Positions 46,247-56,537 are shown, counted from the first letter of the stretch. The stretch is DNA of 63,821 bases from Bacteroidales bacterium (GCA_038248505.1 JBBRXJ010000004.1:1-63821), one strand, 5' to 3'. Notes: generated from the sequence alone by a model not told the origin. Program-made: numbers and translations.

Positions 46247-48280
46247 ATGAAACATATCTTTACAAATCTCGTCTGTTTTTTGATTCTTATTTTTGGTCTC
46301 GGAGCGCAGCAGTTAATTATTAATGAAGATTTTACCGATAGCTTGTTCGATGGTACAGGAGCCGGTATTGATGCTGTAAATTGGAAACACAATCCATTTT
46401 CAAATGGAGTTGGCATGCATAAACCAAATAATAGAACTTTCCCGTATGGTTTGTCAAAAATATTAAGTCAATGTTCGAGTAATCCATGGGCTGGTGCTAT
46501 TCGTTGGGGAGCTTTTGTTAATCCCGATTCAGGATGGACTAGTCGAAATTTACAAACGTATTATGTCGATAAATTTAACGATGTAGTAGTAATAAAATAT
46601 AAATCCTTTTCAGATGTTGCTCGTAAACCGGAAGTTTACCATGCTCAGATTACTTTGATGAATTATAATGAAAAGTTTTTACCCGCACCACATTTTGATC
46701 ATGATATATCTATAGAGACAGATAATTTTTATCATGTTGACAATACGAGTACCCCACGTCAGTTGAATGGTAATGTAAATACCATTCGTAATTGGGCACC
46801 ATTAGGTATTGCCTATGCACATTTTTCGGCTAATGGAGGTCAGCCTACAAATACCGAATTGTCGAAAGAGTGGAATAATTTGGTGATATTTAGACCCAAA
46901 CCCAATATGTACTCAACCAATATTGAACAATGGGGTGAGCGTATGAGTGATGATTATGATGTGGCTATTGGAATGGAAAATCGCCTATTTTCACAGCCTC
47001 CCCGCGATGTTTTACTTGATACAATTTCAGAGTATACAAAATTTAATTATGTTCAATTCACCTTTTTTAGTTATTTACAAACCTCATTACCCTTTTTATG
47101 CCGAACAGGAGTTGCAACAACGGATGCACAAATAGGGTTTTGTAATGCACAAGTGGGTATTACAAAGAAATCAGATTTTAATATAGATTATGTAATTGAC
47201 CAAAAAGATGCGGATACCCTAGTTAAATATTGGGGCTATACAGGAACAATGAAAATCCGTACAGGTGATGCTACTAATGATAAAGCAAGCGATTTAGCTG
47301 ACGCTAATCCATTAATTGCATTTTGGTCTGCCGCACTTGATTCAGGTAAAGCATCCGTAACTTATAATTCAAGTACGGGTGAGATTCGTATTACAGCACA
47401 AAATATTAGTTACTTTAAAATTGAAAGTGCTTCATCTTCATTGAATGCTACCGCAGCTAATTTTGCTGCGCTAAGTCCTGCTGGAATAGTTAATACTACA
47501 ACATATAAAGGATGTTTTTCAAAAATAGCAAATACTTTAACAGATTATAGTTTGGGAACTATTGCAGCAACCGGATTAAATCCGTCTGATTTGGTTGTTA
47601 CAATTAATTACTTTGGAAGCAAAGTGGCTAATGGCTTTAAGGTACCTGTAAATATGGGATATAACAATACTAAACCCGCAACTATTCAGTTTGAAATTAG
47701 TAATGTAAATCTTACCGAGGGAGTTGACACATCGTATGATTTTAACGTTCAATTAGTAAATCCAGACAAAGTATCTACCTATGTTGTGCGTATAGCAACC
47801 ATGGCCGGTGACTCATTGCGAACCACTTTGTTTGGTTCCAAAACACTCACATTTACACCTGGAGGTGCAACATCTAAAATAGTTCATTTTAGTGTTATTG
47901 ACGATAATAAAACAACCGCAATTGATAATGTGCGATTTGGTATTCAGATTGTGAGTGGCGGAAACATAAGCAAAGGCAATCAGAATCAACTTGATTTGTA
48001 TATATATGATAAAACTTTATCTGGCAAAGCCAATGTGCTGCAAACCACATTGAGGTCGAGTGAGGTAACGATAGCGCCAAATCCGACCGACGGGCTCGTA
48101 AGTATTACCAGTGGTGACCCCATAGAGTGTGTTTCAATTGTAAATATGCTGGGAACTGAAATCGAAATACAATCAAAAAATAAAAAAAATATTGATATTT
48201 CAAATTATCCTAAGGGGGTGTATATACTTGTTATTCGCACAAAAATGGGTGAGGTTAAGCAAAAGATTATAAAGAAATAA
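46247..48280 (+). CDS. Secreted protein with dockerin/EF-hand-like segment, Calx-beta-like domain and T9SS C-terminal sorting domain
   Basis: 677 aa with a signal peptide. A segment DFNIDYVIDQKDADTLVKYW...GDATNDKASDLADANPLIAFW is dockerin-like. A Calx-beta-like stretch reads IQFEISNVNLTEG...TLTFTPGGATSKIVHFSVIDDN. The CTD reads IAPNPTDGLVSI...IVNMLGTEI...GVYILVIRTKMGEVKQKIIKK. Confidence 0.6.
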   Translation: MKHIFTNLVCFLILIFGLGAQQLIINEDFTDSLFDGTGAGIDAVNWKHNPFSNGVGMHKPNNRTFPYGLSKILSQCSSNPWAGAIRWGAFVNPDSGWTSRNLQTYYVDKFNDVVVIKYKSFSDVARKPEVYHAQITLMNYNEKFLPAPHFDHDISIETDNFYHVDNTSTPRQLNGNVNTIRNWAPLGIAYAHFSANGGQPTNTELSKEWNNLVIFRPKPNMYSTNIEQWGERMSDDYDVAIGMENRLFSQPPRDVLLDTISEYTKFNYVQFTFFSYLQTSLPFLCRTGVATTDAQIGFCNAQVGITKKSDFNIDYVIDQKDADTLVKYWGYTGTMKIRTGDATNDKASDLADANPLIAFWSAALDSGKASVTYNSSTGEIRITAQNISYFKIESASSSLNATAANFAALSPAGIVNTTTYKGCFSKIANTLTDYSLGTIAATGLNPSDLVVTINYFGSKVANGFKVPVNMGYNNTKPATIQFEISNVNLTEGVDTSYDFNVQLVNPDKVSTYVVRIATMAGDSLRTTLFGSKTLTFTPGGATSKIVHFSVIDDNKTTAIDNVRFGIQIVSGGNISKGNQNQLDLYIYDKTLSGKANVLQTTLRSSEVTIAPNPTDGLVSITSGDPIECVSIVNMLGTEIEIQSKNKKNIDISNYPKGVYILVIRTKMGEVKQKIIKK

Positions 48281-48315
48281 TTTATTTTTTATCTCATCAT
48301 TTTATTATTTAGAAT

Positions 48316-51177
48316 ATGAATCGTTTCTATCTAAAAATAATTCTTCCATCTATTTTATCAATACTTTTTTTCACCCTTACTATTTTTCTGATTATTATTC
48401 CGCATTTTCAGCAGAATATTATGAATGGAAAACGAGAGATGATTAAGGAATTGACAAATTCTGCATGGAGTATATTATCTAAGTATGAGAATGATGAAAG
48501 GAATGGCTTGTTGACTCGCGAAGAAGCCCAAAAAACAGCTGTTTCACGTATTGAGTATTTGCGTTATGGCGATGAAAATAAAGATTATTTTTGGATTACA
48601 GATATGCATCCACAAATGATTATGCATCCGTATCGATCTGATTTAAATGGGAAAGATTTAAGTGATTTTATTGATCCACATGGCAAACGCTTTTTTGTAG
48701 ATTTTGTAAATGTTGTTAAAGCATCAGATCATGGATATGTTGATTATATGTGGCAATGGAAGGATGATTCATTGCATATTGTTCCTAAACTCTCTTATGT
48801 ACGACTTTTTAAACCATGGAATTGGGTAATAGGAACTGGAGTATATATTGAAGATGTTAAGAAAGAGATAAAAGCACTTACCAAAAAATTAGTTTGGATT
48901 TCGATATTTATTTCTATTTTAATTGCCTCTTTGTTGTTATATATTTCTCAACAAAGTTTAAAAATTGAAAAAGGTAGACTTGATGCTGAAAAGAGTCTAC
49001 AGATATCAAAAGATAGATACAAAACACTTGTAGAGGCTGCTACAGAAGGTTTAATAATGTTGATAGATGGTCGGATAAGTTTTCTTAATAATGTAATTTG
49101 TAAAATGACAGGTTATGAAAGTGGAGACCTAATTAATTTTTCCATAGCAGAATTTATTGGCGAAAATAACAATAAAGATATTGTAGATGCTTTTTCGAAA
49201 AATATTATAAAAGAAGGACAATATGAAATTAATTTAAAGAAAAAGGAAGGTGGTTTTATTGAAGCATTAGTTACCTCGTCAACTACTTTTTTATACGAAA
49301 AACAAGTTAATGTAATTATTGTTAAAGATATTACCCTTGATAAGCGAATTAATACGGTCAGTATTGATTACCAAAAGCTTATTAATTCAGTTGATTTAGG
49401 TTTTTTTAGGATTCGGATTGATAATAAAGGGAAATTTATATTAGCCAACGAAACTGCGCTTCGCATTCTTGGATGTGCAGATTTTAGCGAGTTAACGGAT
49501 ATCACCATTTTTGATTTGTTTATAAGTCTTGAAGAACGAAAAAGTATAAGAAATGATTTGCTTGAGCATGGCTTTATAAAAAATAGGCTAATTCGAATTC
49601 GTAAAATAAATGGCGAATATGCTACTTTAACGATTACTTTGGTGGGTATTGTTAATGACAATTCAGAGCGAGTGATATTTGATGGAATGGTTGAAGATAT
49701 CAGTCTGCAAGAGACATTTAGAGCAGAATCTATTCGTATCATTAGCGAATTAAAAGCGGGTAGTTTTATGATGGAGCAATCATTAAAACCGTTTAGCGAT
49801 GCATTATTTACCATAGACTCTGATTCAACTATTAAACAGGCAATAGATTTACTACCAAAATTTAAAACCGATTGTTTGTTAGTTACAAAGGGCGAGAATA
49901 TATATATTGGAATAATTACCAGCACAGATATTCAAAAACGAGTTTTAGGTTTAAAGTTATCTTTAGATAATCCGGTATATCTTATTATGAGTGCTCCAAT
50001 TACTTCCGTTCTCGATTCAATGTCTGTTGCTGAAGGTATTCGTATTTGTGAAGATGCAAAAATAAATCATTTGGTATTGAGAGATGAGTCAGATACTATT
50101 TATGGAGTATTAAATCTTAATAAAGTATATAGAGCTTTAAAAGATTCTCTTTATTTTTTTAATACAAATATTAGTAAAGCTCAAACAATAGAGGAGATTC
50201 GGGCTTGTTACAAAAGCATGCAGTTATTTATAAAGCCGCTTATTATTTCAGGATTGTCTGTAGCTTATGTGACAAATATTACCTCGGCTTTTTCAGATGC
50301 TCTTACGCGAAGAATTATTGATTTGGCCATAGAGCAGATAGGTAAACCTCCTGTTGATTTTGCCTTTATATGTATGGGAAGCGAGGGTAGGAGTGAGGAA
50401 ACACTATTTACAGATCAAGACAATGCAATTATTTTTGAAAAACCTTCTAATGATAATGAAAAGCACCTTTATAATTATTTTAATAAACTAGGTACTATTA
50501 TATGTAATGATTTAGATTTTGTTGGTTATACATTTTGCAAGGGCAATATAATGGCAAAGAATCCGCAATGGTCTCAGCCCATTGATGTTTGGGAGAAATA
50601 CTTTGCAAATTGGATAACGACACCAGACCCACAAAATCTTTTGGATGCCAGTATATTTTTTGATTTCCGATGCATATATGGTGAAGATTTTATTGTCGAT
50701 CGTTTGCGTAAAAATGTTAAAACTTTAATTAAAGCAAGTCCCCTTTTTAGATATCATATGGCGAACAATGCTTATAGTATTAAATTAAGTCAAATAGGTT
50801 CAAGTGGTATTATTGGAGATAAGAATAACGATCTTTTTGATTTGAAATATGCCGTTAGTATTATAATAATAATAGCACGTGTTTATGCTTTAAATAATGA
50901 TATTTCGGTGACCAATACCTTAGAACGATTATCGGCACTTAAGGCGAAGCAAATAATCTCACCAACTACCATTGATGAGATGTATTATGTATATGATTAT
51001 TTGATGAAGCTGAGATTAAAGAATCAAATTTATTTAAACGATAACCACCTGCCATTAAGCAATACTATTAATGTTAAGAAAATGCTGGATGTAGATTTGT
51101 CAATACTCAAGAAAGTACTCTCTTTAATACCATCCTATCAAAATAAAATTGCTTTAGATTTCAAGCTTAGCCCCTGA
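48316..51177 (+). CDS. Membrane sensor: Cache domain, TM, two PAS, CBS pair, DUF294 nucleotidyltransferase and its C-terminal substrate-binding domain
   Basis: 953 aa with an sCache_2-like motif DYFWITDMHPQMIMHPYRSDLNGKDL and a TM helix LVWISIFISILIASLLLYI. PAS-like regions and a CBS pair follow. The DUF294 motif is FAFICMGSEGRSEETLFTDQDNAIIF. Confidence 0.8.
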   Translation: MNRFYLKIILPSILSILFFTLTIFLIIIPHFQQNIMNGKREMIKELTNSAWSILSKYENDERNGLLTREEAQKTAVSRIEYLRYGDENKDYFWITDMHPQMIMHPYRSDLNGKDLSDFIDPHGKRFFVDFVNVVKASDHGYVDYMWQWKDDSLHIVPKLSYVRLFKPWNWVIGTGVYIEDVKKEIKALTKKLVWISIFISILIASLLLYISQQSLKIEKGRLDAEKSLQISKDRYKTLVEAATEGLIMLIDGRISFLNNVICKMTGYESGDLINFSIAEFIGENNNKDIVDAFSKNIIKEGQYEINLKKKEGGFIEALVTSSTTFLYEKQVNVIIVKDITLDKRINTVSIDYQKLINSVDLGFFRIRIDNKGKFILANETALRILGCADFSELTDITIFDLFISLEERKSIRNDLLEHGFIKNRLIRIRKINGEYATLTITLVGIVNDNSERVIFDGMVEDISLQETFRAESIRIISELKAGSFMMEQSLKPFSDALFTIDSDSTIKQAIDLLPKFKTDCLLVTKGENIYIGIITSTDIQKRVLGLKLSLDNPVYLIMSAPITSVLDSMSVAEGIRICEDAKINHLVLRDESDTIYGVLNLNKVYRALKDSLYFFNTNISKAQTIEEIRACYKSMQLFIKPLIISGLSVAYVTNITSAFSDALTRRIIDLAIEQIGKPPVDFAFICMGSEGRSEETLFTDQDNAIIFEKPSNDNEKHLYNYFNKLGTIICNDLDFVGYTFCKGNIMAKNPQWSQPIDVWEKYFANWITTPDPQNLLDASIFFDFRCIYGEDFIVDRLRKNVKTLIKASPLFRYHMANNAYSIKLSQIGSSGIIGDKNNDLFDLKYAVSIIIIIARVYALNNDISVTNTLERLSALKAKQIISPTTIDEMYYVYDYLMKLRLKNQIYLNDNHLPLSNTINVKKMLDVDLSILKKVLSLIPSYQNKIALDFKLSP

Positions 51178-51948
51178 TTATATTGATATGTAGGCATTTC
51201 TCTTAAATGTGCTATGTTCGTTTTCATGCACATAACCTAGTTGATTGGTGAGCAATATTGTATTGTTTAAAAATACAGGATTAGAATTAAAATGACTGTG
51301 TCCATAAATCCAGAAATTAACATTAGATTCGTTAATTAGTTCGTTAAGATTAACGCAAAATGCTTCGTTTATAGAACTATTTTTATGTTCCCTAGAATTG
51401 CACAAAGGAGAGGGAAGATGGTGACTTACTATTATTGTTTTTTTGCTCACTTGATTTAAAGCATTTTTTAAAAACAAAAGACTATCAAAATGTAATTCAT
51501 TAAAGTCTTTTGCTTTTAATTTCCGTTTGTTCTTTGTGATGCAATCAAAATCAGAGACACTTTGCTCAATAGTTGTTTCATTGTTTTTACTAATATTTGA
51601 CCACAGAGTTGTGAAGATATAACTTATATCATCATCTTCAATTTTTATATTATTTACAATGTGAATATTCTCTCTTAAATTAATATTATACGAATTACTG
51701 AATTCATTAATGTCTTTATAATAAAATTCATGGTTGCCTGGAACCCAGTAAACTTTTTTGTAGTTTTTTGAAATAAAAGGGAAGAAGGAATTGTTGAAAA
51801 ATTCATCATGTAATGGAATAATATCCCCTGCAAGTATTAAAATATCCCCACTTACAATTAAAGGATTATTTTGTAAGAATCTTCTGTTTTGCTGAAATTC
51901 GAGATGTAAATCAGAGCAATATTGAATTTTTATTTTATCACTTTTCAT
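51178..51948 (-). CDS. Calcineurin-like metallophosphoesterase
   Basis: 256 aa with IQYCSDLHLE, ILAGDI, PGNHEFY and YGHSH. Its stop codon abuts the stop of the convergent sensor gene. Confidence 0.8.
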   Translation of the reverse strand: MKSDKIKIQYCSDLHLEFQQNRRFLQNNPLIVSGDILILAGDIIPLHDEFFNNSFFPFISKNYKKVYWVPGNHEFYYKDINEFSNSYNINLRENIHIVNNIKIEDDDISYIFTTLWSNISKNNETTIEQSVSDFDCITKNKRKLKAKDFNELHFDSLLFLKNALNQVSKKTIIVSHHLPSPLCNSREHKNSSINEAFCVNLNELINESNVNFWIYGHSHFNSNPVFLNNTILLTNQLGYVHENEHSTFKRNAYISI

Positions 51949-52475
51949 TATAGTTTTCTATTCAATTAAATCATCATATTAAAAAGTACGTTAAATGATT
52001 CTACCTAATTATAAACCAAACAATTTTACATTCGTTAAGTTCATGAATTAATTTTATTGATTGAGATGGTAAATTTAATTGGTGTATAATTTGGCAACAT
52101 CATTAAACAATTCCATTATTCGATATATATTAAAGATATGAATATTTATAATGAAATATGTTAGATGTGTTTATTTTTAAATATAGATAACGTCACCTAG
52201 TCATTTTGCTTATTTTAAAAATTACTTAATTCGAATTTATGATTATGAGTTTAATTCAAAAAGAATATTGATTTAGTTGTTGTATTGTTAGTTTCGTAAT
52301 ATGTTAGTTAATAGCGTTTAAATTAGCTTGTTTTAATCGATTGTTTAGATTAGACAGATGAGTTGCTTAATATACTATTAATTAGGAGTAATAAACTTAT
52401 AAATATGTCTTGTTGGTTATATATAAATTAATATATTTGAAGAAAATGAATTACAAACTAAAATAAGGAGGACAT

Positions 52476-52748
52476 ATGCTTCACGAACCATCAGCCGTAA
52501 TAGGAACCGACAATGCTGCGCCAAAGAAAGCAAAATTAGGAGTGATACTATTTTTTGTATATACTATAATTTATGCTGGATTTGTACTTATTGGACTTAC
52601 CAAACCTGAATTAATGGGTTTAGAATTAATGGGAGGACAGAATATCGCCATAATTTATGGATTTGGATTGATATTATTAGCAATAGTTATGGGTTTTATC
52701 TATAATTATTTTTGTACCAAAATGGAAGACAAAATGAATAAAAACTAA
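52476..52748 (+). CDS. DUF485 (YjcH-like) small inner membrane protein
   Basis: 90 aa with two TM helices, immediately upstream of actP as in the yjcH-actP pair. It is preceded by AAGGAGG at 52465-52471. Confidence 0.8.
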   Translation: MLHEPSAVIGTDNAAPKKAKLGVILFFVYTIIYAGFVLIGLTKPELMGLELMGGQNIAIIYGFGLILLAIVMGFIYNYFCTKMEDKMNKN

Positions 52749-52760
52749 ACACTAAATAAT

Positions 52761-54683
52761 ATGATTTACGAAGTATCAAATTTGGCAATTTTTATTTTTA
52801 TATTTATTGTAGGTCTCGTATTGGGGCTATCGTTTTATTTTGCTAGGAAGACAAAATCTGCCGCTAGCTATTATGCAGCTGGCGGAAATATTCATTGGGC
52901 GGTAAATGGTATAGCATTTGCTGGTGATTATTTATCGGCTGCTTCATTCCTTGGAATATGTGGTATGATTGCATATTCTGGATATGATGGATTTCTTTAT
53001 TCAATTGGTTATTTGGCTGGTTGGGTTGTCGCTTTGTTTCTTGTAGCGGAACCTTTAAAGAAATTAGGAAAATATACTTTTACAGATGCACTTGACTCAA
53101 GATTTAATTCAAAAGCCATAAAATTGGCCGCTTCTATAAGTACACTTATTGTTTCAATTTTTTATCTTATCCCACAAATGGTAGGAGCTGGTGACTTAGT
53201 GGTTCCATTACTCGGCTTACCTCATTGGATGGGAGTTGTAATTGTTGGATCCATCGTTATCTTAATTGTTGCTACAGCAGGCATGACATCAACTACTTAT
53301 GTCCAATTTATTAAAGGTGCGTTGTTGGTTGTATTTTCTACAATTTTAACTATTTATATTTTAAATAATGGCTTCACATTAACACCTAATAAAAACTATC
53401 ATAAGTTTGTTAAAGTAAATGCTCTAGTTGTTAATGATACTATTGTAAGTGTACCTGATTCAAGTTATGTAGTAAAAACCACTAAAGTAGTTGATAAATT
53501 AGTTTTTGTAAAATTAGAGAAAGATAGTGCAAACTGTTGGTATAATCTTAATACAAAGGGAGAAACTGCTGTATTGGAGGAAATGTTATTTACGACAATT
53601 ATTTCATCGGGTGAAAAATTATATAATGGTGCACCAAAGTCAGAGCGGAAATTTTACCAAGTGGGTCATCTTAGTAAAATTGTAGTTGATGGAAAAGAGG
53701 TGGAGAAAACAGGTTCAGTTGGTCCTTTTGAATTTATTAAAACAATTGAAAAGAGTGAGGTAGTTCGTTTTTCAAAGAAAGCCTTTACTGACGGAAGTGA
53801 TAAAGTTACGGTTTGGTTCCAAAAAGTAACTAAAGGAGAGGATATTGTTAAACCTGGATTATTATATAAATTGTCGGCTGCATCTGGTGCAACATTCTGG
53901 GATCGATTGAATTTTTTATCATTGATGCTTGCATTATTCTTAGGTACTTCAGCTTTACCACATATCTTAATTAGATATTACACTGTACCTAGTCAACGTG
54001 CAGCACGTAAATCAACCATTGTTGCTATTGCTGTAATAGGGTTCTTCTATGTTCTTACTTTATACATGGGTTTAGGATCAATGATAAATGGGGTATTAGA
54101 TGTTGAAAGTAGTAACATGTCTGGTCCATTATTGGCCAAATCATTTGGTGTAGGAATATTTTCAATAATATCTGCCATTGCTTTTGCTACTGTTCTTGGC
54201 ACAGTAAGTGGTTTAATTGTTGCCTCTTCAGGTGCCATTGCGCATGATTTTATTGACAAATATCTTCAAGTGGAAATGACTGACCATGGCAAAGTAAAAG
54301 CAGGTAAAATTGCTGCACTATGTGTTGGCGTTTTCGCAATAGTTTTAGGTATATTATTTAAAGGAATGAATGTTTCATTTCTTGTTGGTCTAGCTTTTGC
54401 TGTTGCCGCATCTGCAAATCTCCCAGCTATTTTGTTTCTTTTATTTTGGAAGAAAACAACGGCTAAGGGAATTGCATATTCAATTATAGTAGGTATTATT
54501 TCTTCAATTGGTATTATTTTATTCTCACCAACCATGTATGAAAAGTATGGTTTGATACCAAAAGATGCTCCTATTCCGCTTGATAATCCTGGTATTATTT
54601 CAATTCCGTTAGCAATAATTACCTTAGTTGTAGTTTCCTTATTAACACAAAAGGATAATTCAACAAAGGATTTTTCGAAATAA
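52761..54683 (+). CDS. actP: Cation/acetate symporter, solute:sodium symporter family
   Basis: 640 aa with SSS-family motifs (YYAAGGNIHW..NGIAFAGDYLSAASFLG; LGTSALPHILIRYYTV). It also carries a long extra soluble segment at about aa 200-370. Confidence 0.85.
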   Translation: MIYEVSNLAIFIFIFIVGLVLGLSFYFARKTKSAASYYAAGGNIHWAVNGIAFAGDYLSAASFLGICGMIAYSGYDGFLYSIGYLAGWVVALFLVAEPLKKLGKYTFTDALDSRFNSKAIKLAASISTLIVSIFYLIPQMVGAGDLVVPLLGLPHWMGVVIVGSIVILIVATAGMTSTTYVQFIKGALLVVFSTILTIYILNNGFTLTPNKNYHKFVKVNALVVNDTIVSVPDSSYVVKTTKVVDKLVFVKLEKDSANCWYNLNTKGETAVLEEMLFTTIISSGEKLYNGAPKSERKFYQVGHLSKIVVDGKEVEKTGSVGPFEFIKTIEKSEVVRFSKKAFTDGSDKVTVWFQKVTKGEDIVKPGLLYKLSAASGATFWDRLNFLSLMLALFLGTSALPHILIRYYTVPSQRAARKSTIVAIAVIGFFYVLTLYMGLGSMINGVLDVESSNMSGPLLAKSFGVGIFSIISAIAFATVLGTVSGLIVASSGAIAHDFIDKYLQVEMTDHGKVKAGKIAALCVGVFAIVLGILFKGMNVSFLVGLAFAVAASANLPAILFLLFWKKTTAKGIAYSIIVGIISSIGIILFSPTMYEKYGLIPKDAPIPLDNPGIISIPLAIITLVVVSLLTQKDNSTKDFSK

Positions 54684-54798
54684 GTAAAGATTGATTTAGA
54701 AAAAACACTCATGTTATGATTGAGGCATAAGAATGCTAACATATCAGTAGCATGAGTGTTTTACTTTTACATTAAGTATTAATATAAATTAGTTTATC

Positions 54799-56061
54799 AT
54801 GAGAAAAATTTTATTTTTATTCTTAGCGACTTCTTTTATTTCAGTTAGTGCACAAGAAAAAAAAGAAGAGCCAAGATTTGGTATCAATTTTGGCGGTTTT
54901 GTAAAGACTGATGCGTTTTATGACTCTCGGCAAAATGTTTCTATTCGAGAAGGACACTTTTTGTTGTATCCTGATAATATTTCAAAAGATGCTGATGGAA
55001 AAGATATTAATGCACGATCAAATTTTAATATCCTATCCATTCAAACTCGTTTGAAAGGTGGCATTACGGGACCAGATGCGTTTGGAGCAAAAACGAGTGG
55101 CTTGATTGAAGCTGATTTCTTTGGCAATGAAAGTGCTGGTTTAATTGATGCGAATGGTTTTCGTTTACGACATGCGTTTGTAAAATTGAATTGGAAAAAA
55201 ACGGAATTGCTGGCGGGTCAATTTTGGAATCCATTTTTTATTACTGAATCGTATCCTGATGTTATTTCATTTAATACAGGTGCACCATTTCAGCCATTTT
55301 CACGTAATCCGCAAATTCGAGTGACACATAAAATTGGTCTTTTATCTTTAATTGGGAGTATATTGTCAGAGCGCGATTTCCAGAGTACCGGACCTGATGG
55401 TAGCAGTACTAAGTATATGCGTAATGCAGCCATGCCAGAGGGAAATTTTCAAGTTCAGTTTAAAGCTGATTCATCAGACCATTTGTTTGGTGTAGGAGTT
55501 GATTATAAGTCTTTGCTTCCTGAATTATATAGTCAGAATAATGCAAAAACGAAGAAATTTGTAAACAATGAAACCATAAATAGCATGTCAGGAATGGCTT
55601 TCATGAAATTGAAGTTTAAACCTATTACGGTAAAGGTACAAGGCGTGTATGCACAAAATGCAACCGACCTTACCATGATTGGTGGTTATGCTGTAAAGAA
55701 TATATTAGATACCGCAACAGGTGCAAAAGAATATACTAATTTAAATACAGCAAGCGGTTGGATCGAATTTCAGACCAACGGAAAAAAGATACAATATGCC
55801 TTATTTACTGGCTACACACAAAATTTAGGTTCAAAAGATACGATATCAGGTGCTATCTATGCACGCGGTGCAAATATTCAATATGTATATAGAGTTGCGC
55901 CACGCGTAGTGTTTATTTCGGGTAAGTTAAATGTGGCTCTTGAAGCAGAATATACCTTTGCTATGTATGGTATTACTAACGGCGATAAAAAGGGTAAACC
56001 AACCAATAATAAAGCTGTAGAAAATTGGAGAGGCATGTTAGCCTTTATCTATAAGTTTTAG
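54799..56061 (+). CDS. Outer membrane porin (beta-barrel)
   Basis: 420 aa with a signal peptide, alternating beta-strand pattern and a C-terminal aromatic residue (..AFIYKF). Confidence 0.65.
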   Translation: MRKILFLFLATSFISVSAQEKKEEPRFGINFGGFVKTDAFYDSRQNVSIREGHFLLYPDNISKDADGKDINARSNFNILSIQTRLKGGITGPDAFGAKTSGLIEADFFGNESAGLIDANGFRLRHAFVKLNWKKTELLAGQFWNPFFITESYPDVISFNTGAPFQPFSRNPQIRVTHKIGLLSLIGSILSERDFQSTGPDGSSTKYMRNAAMPEGNFQVQFKADSSDHLFGVGVDYKSLLPELYSQNNAKTKKFVNNETINSMSGMAFMKLKFKPITVKVQGVYAQNATDLTMIGGYAVKNILDTATGAKEYTNLNTASGWIEFQTNGKKIQYALFTGYTQNLGSKDTISGAIYARGANIQYVYRVAPRVVFISGKLNVALEAEYTFAMYGITNGDKKGKPTNNKAVENWRGMLAFIYKF

Positions 56062-56094
56062 TAATGAATTAATGGTTATAAATAATAGACAAAA

Positions 56095-56122
56095 AATAGG
56101 CCGGGTTTTTTCCCGGCCTATT
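56095..56122. terminator. Bidirectional terminator between the porin and RRM genes
   Basis: AATAGGCCGGG-TTTTTT-CCCGGCCTATT. Confidence 0.8.
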
Positions 56123-56147
56123 CTATTTAGTTTGAGAACATGCGATA

Positions 56148-56423
56148 TTATTCAGCACGGTCATCACCGCCTGCAGGAGCGGTACGTGGATTAGCTTCCT
56201 GCACAATGATTGCGCGCTCTTCGAGTTCGTAGCCATTCATAGCTAAAATAGCTTTTTGACCTTCAATCTCGTTTGGCATTTCAACGAAGCCATAACCTTT
56301 TGATCTTCTGGTTTTGCGGTCGAGTATAATTCTTGCGGATGATACTTCACCATACTGTTCAAAAACTTCTTGGAGCTTACTGCTTCTGACCTTGAAGTTC
56401 AGATTTGCAACGAAAATGTTCAT
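56148..56423 (-). CDS. RRM-type RNA-binding protein
   Basis: 91 aa with RNP2 (IFVANL) and RNP1 (KGYGFVEM). Confidence 0.9.
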   Translation of the reverse strand: MNIFVANLNFKVRSSKLQEVFEQYGEVSSARIILDRKTRRSKGYGFVEMPNEIEGQKAILAMNGYELEERAIIVQEANPRTAPAGGDDRAE

Positions 56424-56537
56424 GGAAAAATTAAATTAAAGTTAAAATTAAATTAAATATAGCCGTAATATTAAGTGATTTTTTCAACATAACAAAATCT
56501 ATATTGAATTTTTCCTAGGCATCTTAGTTTATCAAAA

